A stretch of DNA of 16,533 bases from Promethearchaeota archaeon (lineage in GTDB: Archaea > Asgardarchaeota > Lokiarchaeia > Sigyniarchaeales > SOKP01), in NCBI GenBank assembly GCA_048941285.1, contig JBHLNS010000063.1, positions 1-16,533 of the forward strand, read 5' to 3'. The notes beneath the pieces are model-generated. The model saw nothing but the letters and a program-made list of their open reading frames with translations, was not told where the DNA came from and did no database searches. Below, piece after piece: positions 1 to 7,773 of the stretch. The translations under genes and the position numbers were made by a program. Each line of letters opens with the position of its first letter. Positions within the stretch are counted from its first letter, which is position 1.

Positions 1-51
1 AAAATAATTAATATAATATCTAAATATTAAAATAATTAATATAATATCTAA
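1..51. repeat. Perfect 23-bp direct repeat, two copies (AAAATAATTAATATAATATCTAA at 1-23 and 29-51, period 28 bp)
   Basis: Read directly from the sequence. The copies are separated by ATATT, and the repeat may continue beyond the left edge of the window. Confidence 0.85.
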
Positions 52-92
52 GTGAAAGTAAAATCAACTTTCATTTGCATTATCAATAGTAT

Positions 93-98
93 GGTGAT
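93..98 (+). promoter_or_regulatory. Archaeal-type Shine-Dalgarno motif GGTGAT upstream of the GTPase-wHTH gene
   Basis: GGTGAT at 93-98 is followed by in-frame ATA codons at 99, 102 and 105, which precede KILVSGPLQSGKS. Confidence 0.5.
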
Positions 99-101
99 AT
101 A

Positions 102-785
102 ATAATAAAAATTCTAGTTTCTGGGCCACTCCAATCGGGAAAATCAAGTTATATAAAGTCTTTAGATGATAATGCGTTGAATGTAGAAGCAAAAGGCAAA
201 GATGATAAGTTTTATACAGTTGCAATGGATTTAGGGAGTGTAAAACTAAATGGGTTTGAAGTATTTTTATTTGGAACCCCAGGGCTTTTAAGATTTTCAG
301 TGATGAGAAGTATTTGTACTAGTGGCTCAGATGGAGTTATTTTTATATTTGATGCTGCGGCTCCTGAAAAAGATGATAGTGCTATAATGATATTAAACTC
401 AATAAGAAAAATATTACCTCCAAATATACCAATTGTTTTTTTAGCGAATAAACAGGATATTGAAGGTGCTCGATCACCAGAAGTTGTTCGCTCACAGAAT
501 TATTTACCCGAAGATACCAAAATTTTTCCAACAAGCACAATAACCAATTTAAATATAAAAGAATCTATTACATTTTTAGTCAATCATATTTATGAAGAAT
601 ATTCATCCTTACTTCAAATACTTCGTAATTATGAGAATAATATTGAAGGATTAGCAGAGGAGCTCAAAAAAGATAAGGTTGAGATGCGATATTTCTTAAA
701 TAATTTAGAAATTAAACGATTTATAGAATTGGATAGAATAAATAAAACCTATAAAGTAAGATCAGGCTTAAAATATTTAGTTTAA
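102..785 (+). CDS. Small GTPase of the MglA/conservon (ATP_bind_1-like) type with a C-terminal winged helix-turn-helix; the true start lies upstream of the tracked TTG at 177
   Basis: The frame is open from 90 (after TAG at 87-89) and encodes IIKILVSGPLQSGKSSY (G1 P-loop at 123-146), TVAMDLG (G2 region), LFGTPGLLRF (G3) and LANKQD (G4). The last ~60 aa (LLQILRNYENNIEGLAEELKKDKVEMRYFLNNLEIKRFIELDRINKTYKV) fit a wHTH pattern. The exact start (ATA at 99, 102 or 105) is uncertain. Confidence 0.8.
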   Translation: MIKILVSGPLQSGKSSYIKSLDDNALNVEAKGKDDKFYTVAMDLGSVKLNGFEVFLFGTPGLLRFSVMRSICTSGSDGVIFIFDAAAPEKDDSAIMILNSIRKILPPNIPIVFLANKQDIEGARSPEVVRSQNYLPEDTKIFPTSTITNLNIKESITFLVNHIYEEYSSLLQILRNYENNIEGLAEELKKDKVEMRYFLNNLEIKRFIELDRINKTYKVRSGLKYLV

Positions 786-810
786 TTGGTAGTTCTGATC
801 ATTTGTATTT

Positions 811-2682
811 CTAGAATAATGTAGGAGGTATTTCTTCAGAGTCAAACTGAGTTTTTAACGTTAACAGATCACTTCTTTGATTATTAAGAATATTCCAGAA
901 AAATTCTGGAACTTCTTTTTCTTTTTTATACATTAACTCTATACGATCTAATTTCTCTAATAGTTTCATAGGCCTTATAGAAAATTGTTGAATATAATCA
1001 TGTTCTTTATAATCTTTATCAAGATATTGTTTAAATAATTTTTTTAAATCTTTATATTCAGGTATATATCCAATAGGCGTTTTAATAGCATCATAATCAT
1101 TATGAACTCGACCTTCTGCCCAGATTAACCAACATAATTTATCTAAAATACCATTTAAATATTTTCCTTCTTTATTTTTAAGAAAATAATTAGTTGCAAA
1201 TACTTTTGGAGGATATTCTAACTTCCTGCCAAACTTTCGGTGGTTTTTGAGATATTTTCCTAAACTAACAACCATAAAATCAAGATTGGCCATAGGTTGT
1301 TGCATCCTTACACCTTCCGCACCCAATGTAGCAGAAGTAGTTTCTGATTCAATTGTCGCTCCCAAAAAAATTCCTTGCTCCCAATCTATACTTTCAACTA
1401 CTGGAGGCATTGTATCACTATCACGACCGCCATAAAGAATTCCATGCACGGGTACTCCATCTGGATTATGCAAATTTGGATCTGCATTATCTAATTCTTC
1501 AATACCAATTGTATAACGAGAATTTGGGTGTGCAAGTGGAATTTCGATGCCATTTTTATCTTTCTTCCCTCTATACCAGTGACCTGAAAAATTTATCCCG
1601 TCATTGGGGGCTTCTCTTCCATCTCCGAGCCAATAACAATCACCATCTTTAACTAGGACATTAGAAAAAATAGTTTCACGAGGAGTTGTAAGTGCATTAA
1701 ATATAACAGGATCATCTTTTGCATTTACATCCTTGATTATGCCAAAAATACCTTTCTCAATATTTACCGAATGGGCATAACCATCTTCCCAAACTCGGAG
1801 ATAAGCTATGTCATCACCAACGATAGTTTGCCCCGGTAACATCGCAGTACTCGTTTTTCCACACGCCGATGGAAATGCTCCACAAAAGAAGGAAGTTCTG
1901 TTGTTTTCTTTTGGATGAACACCCATTATGAAATAATGTTCTGTTAGCCAATCTTCGTTATTAGCTTTATAAATTCCTAGGCGTAAAGCGAGTTTTTTCA
2001 ATCCCAGTGAATTTCCAGCATATTGATTATTAACTGAAAGTACACGTCCTTCTTTTAAGTCTATGTATATTCTTCTTTTATCAAGGTTTTTCGTTACCGG
2101 AGGGTCTCCAGTTAATTCACCTGAAGAGTGAATAAAATAGAAAAACTCATCAGATCCATTGAGTTTTTTAAACTCTTCATATCCAGATCTATAAAGAAGA
2201 TCTTCTGAATGAGCAACATAAAAAGAATCTGTTATTTGGAGTGCAAGAATCGAAAATTTGGAATCTTTTGGTCCTAGACAAAAAAATCTTATTACACATT
2301 CATGACCTTCCATACATCCATCCATAATATCCAGTATTTCATTTAATCCGCTCTCTCTTTCCATCGTGTTTATCCAAGGGTATAGTTCTAGTTCATCTTT
2401 AGGAACGAGCACTTGAGTATTTCCTTTATCCCTAGCTTGATCATGGTTAGCCATTGTAAAGAAACCGTCAAAATGTATAGTGTGTCCGTGGAGTTTTAAT
2501 TTAGTCTCTTCACCAAACTCAATAGCTCTGTTCCTTACATAATTGATATCTTCTTGAGAATCTGTTATTACTGTAACCGTGGATGGTTTACATAAAGAAA
2601 TAAACTCATCAATAATCCTTAAAACGGACTCATTTTTTAGAGCTTTTAACTTTTCTGAATTTATATTATCAATTATTTCCAT
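811..2682 (-). CDS. pckG: Phosphoenolpyruvate carboxykinase (GTP-dependent)
   Basis: 623 aa with GAFPSACGKTS (kinase-1a), VGDDIA (kinase-2), YAGNSLGLKK, WLTEH, HPNSRY and YGGR motifs. Confidence 0.96.
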   Translation of the reverse strand: MEIIDNINSEKLKALKNESVLRIIDEFISLCKPSTVTVITDSQEDINYVRNRAIEFGEETKLKLHGHTIHFDGFFTMANHDQARDKGNTQVLVPKDELELYPWINTMERESGLNEILDIMDGCMEGHECVIRFFCLGPKDSKFSILALQITDSFYVAHSEDLLYRSGYEEFKKLNGSDEFFYFIHSSGELTGDPPVTKNLDKRRIYIDLKEGRVLSVNNQYAGNSLGLKKLALRLGIYKANNEDWLTEHYFIMGVHPKENNRTSFFCGAFPSACGKTSTAMLPGQTIVGDDIAYLRVWEDGYAHSVNIEKGIFGIIKDVNAKDDPVIFNALTTPRETIFSNVLVKDGDCYWLGDGREAPNDGINFSGHWYRGKKDKNGIEIPLAHPNSRYTIGIEELDNADPNLHNPDGVPVHGILYGGRDSDTMPPVVESIDWEQGIFLGATIESETTSATLGAEGVRMQQPMANLDFMVVSLGKYLKNHRKFGRKLEYPPKVFATNYFLKNKEGKYLNGILDKLCWLIWAEGRVHNDYDAIKTPIGYIPEYKDLKKLFKQYLDKDYKEHDYIQQFSIRPMKLLEKLDRIELMYKKEKEVPEFFWNILNNQRSDLLTLKTQFDSEEIPPTLF

Positions 2683-2835
2683 TTTATTTCAAATAACAGT
2701 ATCGACAATTAATTTATTTAAAAATAAAATTAAATGTGTTTAGGAAAATTCATGAAATTCTTTTAATTTTACTTTTTTGATTTTTTAATAGTTTCTAGGA
2801 TAATTTCTTCTATAATATAAAGATCTTAGAGTATT

Positions 2836-2856
2836 AAAAAAAAAAAATAAAAAAAA
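2836..2856 (-). terminator. Oligo-T terminator candidate after the thermosome gene
   Basis: The minus strand reads T8-A-T12 starting 13 nt after the thermosome stop, the pattern of archaeal U-tract termination. Confidence 0.55.
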
Positions 2857-2869
2857 TTCAATTTAACTA

Positions 2870-4471
2870 TTATAATCCTTCTGATTTACTACCTTTTGCA
2901 CTAATAATTCTATCTACTCTCAAGATTAAAGTAGCTAATTCACTTCCAGATTTGATAATATGATTGATTAATGCTGCAGGCTCAATGATTCCTTTTTTGA
3001 AATTATCTCCTATTACATTTGTAATTGTATCAATCCCCACCCATTTATCATTTTCAGTTTTATGAGCTGCTCTTAATTCAGTTAATTTTTCAATTTCTTC
3101 TAGCCCTGCATTTTTTATTAGTGTCTTTGGAATCTCTTCAAGTGCTAAAGCAAATGCATTTACAGCTAGCTGTTCTTTTCCACCAATTTCATTAGCATAA
3201 GCTCTAATTCTTTTAGCCAGTTCAATGTAAATAGCACCTCCACCGGCTACAACTGCCTTAGTATCTATTATTTTTGCAATGACAGATAATACATCGTGCA
3301 ATGAGACTTCTGCAGTACTAAGTATCTTATCAAGTCCACCTTTGAGTAAGATGGAAACAGATTTGGGATTTTTACAGCCTGAGAATAATGTATATTCATC
3401 ATCACCCAATTTTTCAAAATGTATTTTTTCAGCAAAACCTAAATCATTATCTGAAAGTGATGTCAAATCATCAACAAGTTTGGCACCAACAGCTTTTAAA
3501 ATCGATTTATAATCACTTTCACCGACATTTTTAATAGCTGCAATTCCTTCCCTTGCTAAGTACGCACCGAATTTATCAGAAATATCACTACTATTAACAA
3601 TTAAATTAACTCCTAAATCCTTAAATATTTTCAAGTAATCTGTGAGAATTTTATCCTCTTGGTCAAGAAACTTTTGGATTTCTGCGGGACTAGAGATCCG
3701 AACTTGAGCATCGAATTCAGTCTTCTTTATATCCAATTTTTTCCTAACAACCGCGATCTTTGCATTTTTTATGGAATCTGGCATCATGGAATTTACTTTT
3801 TCTTTTTGAGTATAGACGCCATTAATTAATTCAGTTTCTTTAAGAGATTTTCCTGGAGCTTTAACAATTTTTACATTACTTACTTTTGAGAAAGTATTTC
3901 CTTCTTCATCAGCTATATTTTTAATTGCCTTTAGAGCTAATTCTGCAAAGAATTCTCTTAATGGAGAAATGTCCTTAGCATTCATCGCTGTTTTGGCGGC
4001 ATTTTTAAGAATTTCATTATCATCTGTTGAAATTTTTACAGCAATTTCATTTATTATTTTGAGAGCTTTATCAGCAGCGATTTTATATCCATGTATAATA
4101 GGTTTTGGATGAATGTCTTGTTCTATTAATTCCAAAGCATTTTCTAATAAAGCAGCCGAAAATATTACTGCTGATGTAGTTCCATCACCAATATCATCGT
4201 CAATTGACTTTGCTACATTAACCATCATATTCGCTGCAATATTTTCTATGTCGAGATTAGAAAGTATCTCGGCTCCATCGTTTGTAATTGTCACATCTCC
4301 CATAGAGTCAACCAGCATTTTCGACATGCCTTTTGGGCCAAGAGTCGATCGAACAGTTTCTGCAATTGCGACCATCGCATTAATATTCTGTTTTCGGGCC
4401 TCCTTTTCGCGGACTTCCTCTGTTCCTTCCTTAAGTATAATTATTGGAACGTTGCTCAATTTTTTCACCAT
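2870..4471 (-). CDS. ths: Thermosome subunit (group II chaperonin, Cpn60/TCP-1 family), divergent paralog
   Basis: 533 aa with STLGPKGMSKMLVD, TITNDG, GDGTTS, SLHDVL, VAGGGA, GIIEP, ILRVD and the helical protrusion KKTEFDAQVRISSPAEIQKFLDQE. Confidence 0.95.
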   Translation of the reverse strand: MVKKLSNVPIIILKEGTEEVREKEARKQNINAMVAIAETVRSTLGPKGMSKMLVDSMGDVTITNDGAEILSNLDIENIAANMMVNVAKSIDDDIGDGTTSAVIFSAALLENALELIEQDIHPKPIIHGYKIAADKALKIINEIAVKISTDDNEILKNAAKTAMNAKDISPLREFFAELALKAIKNIADEEGNTFSKVSNVKIVKAPGKSLKETELINGVYTQKEKVNSMMPDSIKNAKIAVVRKKLDIKKTEFDAQVRISSPAEIQKFLDQEDKILTDYLKIFKDLGVNLIVNSSDISDKFGAYLAREGIAAIKNVGESDYKSILKAVGAKLVDDLTSLSDNDLGFAEKIHFEKLGDDEYTLFSGCKNPKSVSILLKGGLDKILSTAEVSLHDVLSVIAKIIDTKAVVAGGGAIYIELAKRIRAYANEIGGKEQLAVNAFALALEEIPKTLIKNAGLEEIEKLTELRAAHKTENDKWVGIDTITNVIGDNFKKGIIEPAALINHIIKSGSELATLILRVDRIISAKGSKSEGL

Positions 4472-4503
4472 TTGATTATATATGATCTTGTGATTTAGGG
4501 ATC

Positions 4504-4511
4504 TATATAAA
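4504..4511 (-). promoter_or_regulatory. TATA box candidate for the thermosome gene
   Basis: The minus strand reads TTTATATA about 33 bp upstream of the ATG at 4471, consistent with a short leader. Confidence 0.5.
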
Positions 4512-4706
4512 GAAAATTAAAAAAAGTTTATGGAAATATTTAAAACAAAATAATAATGAAAAAAAGGGTGTAAAAATAAGAAAAACTATAATATAGACTT
4601 TCGAACTAGAATCAAGCTGAAAAAACTAGAGCTTAATGAAGGACCCAAATTTACCCCAGATTAGATTAGAACCTTGTAATGATATAAATAAGATTAAAAA
4701 TAATTT

Positions 4707-5165
4707 TTATAATTGGACGAAGCTAGCATTTTTATACTCCTTAAGTATCATATTTGAATTCGTTCTTGTTATATACTCTTTTTGATTTAGATTTCGGATG
4801 AACTTATGGACATCATCCGATTCTTTGAATCTGCAAATCAGCGCAGCTGATTGCTCTCCAGTAGTGTGAAAGATAGAACATACTTCAGGAATTTGCGTAA
4901 GGTCATTTAAGATTTCCTCGGTAAATTTGCCATCACAATTGATTCTTATTAGGAATGCTAATTTATAACCAAGTTTTTCATTATTTAACCTAAGAGTATA
5001 CCCTTCAATAACTCCATTCTTCTTCAATTTCGAAATTCGATTGTGTATAGTCCCAATTGAAATACCCAATTTATCTTGAATCTCTCTATAGCTAGTACGA
5101 GCATTTCCCTGCAACGTTCTTAGGATATCTCGATCAATTTCATCAAGGGCTTTTTCTTTCTTCAT
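4707..5165 (-). CDS. Lrp/AsnC-family transcriptional regulator
   Basis: N-terminal HTH (LDEIDRDILRTLQGNARTSYREIQDKLGISIGTIHNRISKLKKNGVIEGY) and a C-terminal RAM domain (IPEVCSIFHTTGE); 152 aa. Confidence 0.95.
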   Translation of the reverse strand: MKKEKALDEIDRDILRTLQGNARTSYREIQDKLGISIGTIHNRISKLKKNGVIEGYTLRLNNEKLGYKLAFLIRINCDGKFTEEILNDLTQIPEVCSIFHTTGEQSAALICRFKESDDVHKFIRNLNQKEYITRTNSNMILKEYKNASFVQL

Positions 5166-5228
5166 TAAGAACCAACCTTAATATAAATATGAAGACTAAG
5201 TTCGATCAATATATTTTATTTTGAGAAC

Positions 5229-5237
5229 TATATAAAA
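5229..5237 (-). promoter_or_regulatory. TATA box candidate for the Lrp gene
   Basis: The minus strand reads TTTTATATA about 65 bp upstream of the Lrp ATG. Confidence 0.35.
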
Positions 5238-5378
5238 GTTTAGAAAAATCTAACTTTAATTGAAAATTTTTTAACATCAATTTTTTTTAGCTTTTTAGAA
5301 CATAATTTAATTGTCTTAAAATTTATTATTCTGTATATATTTTTAATATCAACGTATATGAAAAGAGTGAATTAAAGC

Positions 5379-6479
5379 ATGGTTGACGATTTTAAAATAG
5401 ATCCTTGGGGCGGTTCTGCCATTGAAGAAGAGGATTATATCAGATTAATCAAAGAGTTTGGAATCGAGGAGATAACAGAATCGATTAGACAAAAAATGAG
5501 AGAGAATCGATTCATTAGAAGAAAAATTATTTTCGGTCACAGAGATTTAGGGTTCATTTATAAAGCTATAGAAAAAGGTCAACCTTGGTCCGTAATGAGC
5601 GGAATTAAACCTTCTGGACCATTTCACCTAGGAACGTCAACTACTGCCTTAGAAATCGTGGAATTTCAACGAATGGGTGGTAAAGTTTATTATGGAATCG
5701 CAGATATTGAGAGTTATGAAGATAATGGAATACCTTGGGATGAAGCAGAGGAAACCGCTGTAGATAATATTGCTGATATATTGGCTTTTGGGTTAGATCC
5801 ATCCCCCGAAAAAACATATATTTGGAGACAATCTAAAGAACCAAAAGTGAAAGATGTTTGTTTCAAAGTTAGCAGGTTAGTTACACAGAATATGTTAAAT
5901 GCTATTTATGGTGAACGTACCTTTGGTCTTTATATTGCCTCTTTAATTCAAGTTGGAGATATTCTACTTCCACAAGTAGTAGAAGGCCCTCAACCGACTA
6001 TTGTGCCTGTAGGAATAGATCAAGATCCTCATATACGCCTCACAAGAGATTTAACACGCAGAAATTATAAGAAGTTCTTTTTACCAGGTGCAACCTACCA
6101 TTATTTATTAGCCGGAATTGATGGCTCAGAAAAGATGGCAAAACGAAATCCGAATAGTTATTTTACATTCAATGAATCAATTGAGTCGATTGAAAGAAAA
6201 GTAAAGGGTGCTTTAACAGGAGGCAGGAGAAACCTAAAAGAACAACGTGAATTAGGTGGTAAACCTCAGAAATGCATGATTTATAAGATGCTTATGTATC
6301 ATTTTGAGGAAGATGATGAAAAGTTAGCTAAAGATTTTGAAATGTGTATTAAAGGCGAGTTGATGTGTGGAGATCATAAACAAGAATGTCTTGAGAAAGT
6401 ATTGAAATTCATAAAAAACCATAGAACCAAAAAGGAAAAATTAATAGATAAAGCTCGAAGTCTTCTAAATATTGATTAA
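5379..6479 (+). CDS. trpS: Tryptophanyl-tRNA synthetase (archaeal type)
   Basis: IDPWG N-terminus, RRKIIFGHRD, SGIKPSGPFHLGT (HIGH variant), QVGDILLPQ, VPVGIDQDPHIRLTRD, KMAKR (KMSKS variant) and ALTGGR. Confidence 0.93.
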   Translation: MVDDFKIDPWGGSAIEEEDYIRLIKEFGIEEITESIRQKMRENRFIRRKIIFGHRDLGFIYKAIEKGQPWSVMSGIKPSGPFHLGTSTTALEIVEFQRMGGKVYYGIADIESYEDNGIPWDEAEETAVDNIADILAFGLDPSPEKTYIWRQSKEPKVKDVCFKVSRLVTQNMLNAIYGERTFGLYIASLIQVGDILLPQVVEGPQPTIVPVGIDQDPHIRLTRDLTRRNYKKFFLPGATYHYLLAGIDGSEKMAKRNPNSYFTFNESIESIERKVKGALTGGRRNLKEQRELGGKPQKCMIYKMLMYHFEEDDEKLAKDFEMCIKGELMCGDHKQECLEKVLKFIKNHRTKKEKLIDKARSLLNID

Positions 6480-6550
6480 TACTATTTGTTTACCCTTAAT
6501 TTTAGTTCAAATCTAGAAATAAAGTGAATTAACATAATTTATTTATATGT

Positions 6551-7474
6551 TTATATTAATTGCTCTAAGATATTGACTAAATCATCAAGAAAATCGGGGA
6601 ATTTTTCAAAAAATTGCTCTTTCTGTTGTTCTTTAGTTACTACTGATATGAAAAATATATCATTAGTTATTTTTTTTCTGAGTAGATATGAAAAAAGTGT
6701 CCCTTCAGTTGAAGTAAAATCAAAATTTCCTTCAATTTTTTCTTCTTCCATTCGTTTAAGCAAAAAGAGATGTTCTTTAATTGATTCTAATAATTCAACA
6801 TAAACTTCTGGTTCAATATCATTGTAATATTCAGAAATTATAATCCCATTACGATCAAATATGATTAAAGCTTGACTATTAAATATTTCCAAATAATGTT
6901 CCAATAATTCTGATAGTTCAAAGAATTTTTTATCAAACACAGAAAGTCCATATGATACTAATTGGACAATTGAAATGATATCATAAATGGAAGACTGTTG
7001 AAACAAAATATTAAAATCAGGATATTCACTTAATATTCGGGTCCTTAATTTTTCTATATTTGCGAGGATTTTTTCATCAGTTTTTAACTTTGGATCAAAT
7101 TTATGGAATGTGATGATTACTGGAACATCCATTTCACTTTCTGCGAAAAAGGTTAAAATCGCATTGAGATACTCAAGTGAATCATCAAAACGATCTGGAT
7201 CTTGGATATCAATTACGTAGATAAGTAAATCAGTAGAATCAAAATAAACATCTTGATAATTAATATAAATTTCACGATATGTCTCTTGTCCTCCCATATC
7301 CCAGAATACTGTGTTATTTCTCAAAAAATTCATCTTATGATATTCTACTCTGATAGTTGGCTTAAGTTGGACAATATCTTTCTCAAAATCATATTTTTTA
7401 TCTAAAGCTGTTAAGATTGACGTCTTACCGGCATTGTCAAGCCCAGAGATCACAGTCTTAATAAAGCGTTCCAT
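6551..7474 (-). CDS. Arf/Rag-like small GTPase with a C-terminal roadblock/longin-like domain
   Basis: G1 GLDNAGKTS, G2 PTIRVE, G3 WDMGGQ, G4 HKFD and G5 SSIYD. The C-terminal ~125 aa have a helix followed by ALIIFDRNGIIISEY, a roadblock-like pattern. Confidence 0.88.
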   Translation of the reverse strand: MERFIKTVISGLDNAGKTSILTALDKKYDFEKDIVQLKPTIRVEYHKMNFLRNNTVFWDMGGQETYREIYINYQDVYFDSTDLLIYVIDIQDPDRFDDSLEYLNAILTFFAESEMDVPVIITFHKFDPKLKTDEKILANIEKLRTRILSEYPDFNILFQQSSIYDIISIVQLVSYGLSVFDKKFFELSELLEHYLEIFNSQALIIFDRNGIIISEYYNDIEPEVYVELLESIKEHLFLLKRMEEEKIEGNFDFTSTEGTLFSYLLRKKITNDIFFISVVTKEQQKEQFFEKFPDFLDDLVNILEQLI

Positions 7475-7773
7475 CTATTTTCAACTTTAAATTATAAACG
7501 AATTTAATAAAATAATAGATCTATACTAATTTAAACTTCTGTAAAAAGAAAAACGGAGTTTAAAAATTCGATTTTATAGTCATTTTCTGTATTGACTGTT
7601 ATAATATCGAGATCTCATCTAAATATTATTCCTATGTTTTTAAATTCAATATTTTAAGAAAAATTACTGAAATAACTATAATTTTAGTGTAATTCTGATG
7701 ACATATATATGATATTTATATTTTTTAAAGCAGATAGACTGATTTTACTCAATAATATAATTTAAGAAAGAGG

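Noticed and set aside
1247-1652. ORFs 1247-1435 and 1353-1652 (+)
   Set aside because: Antisense shadows inside pckG with no protein motifs.
3279-4475. ORFs 3279-3512 and 4113-4475 (+)
   Set aside because: Antisense shadows of the thermosome gene with the Ser/Ile/Phe-rich composition typical of reverse frames.
6573-6803. 76-aa ORF (+)
   Set aside because: Antisense to the Rag-like GTPase, with no independent support.
7695-7742. Possible C/D box sRNA (CTGATGA at 7695-7701 and CTGA at 7739-7742)
   Set aside because: The length is plausible, but box C lacks the leading purine, there is no convincing D'/C' pair, the terminal stem is poor, and the guides are low-complexity AT sequence that more likely forms the promoter of the 7774 ORF.
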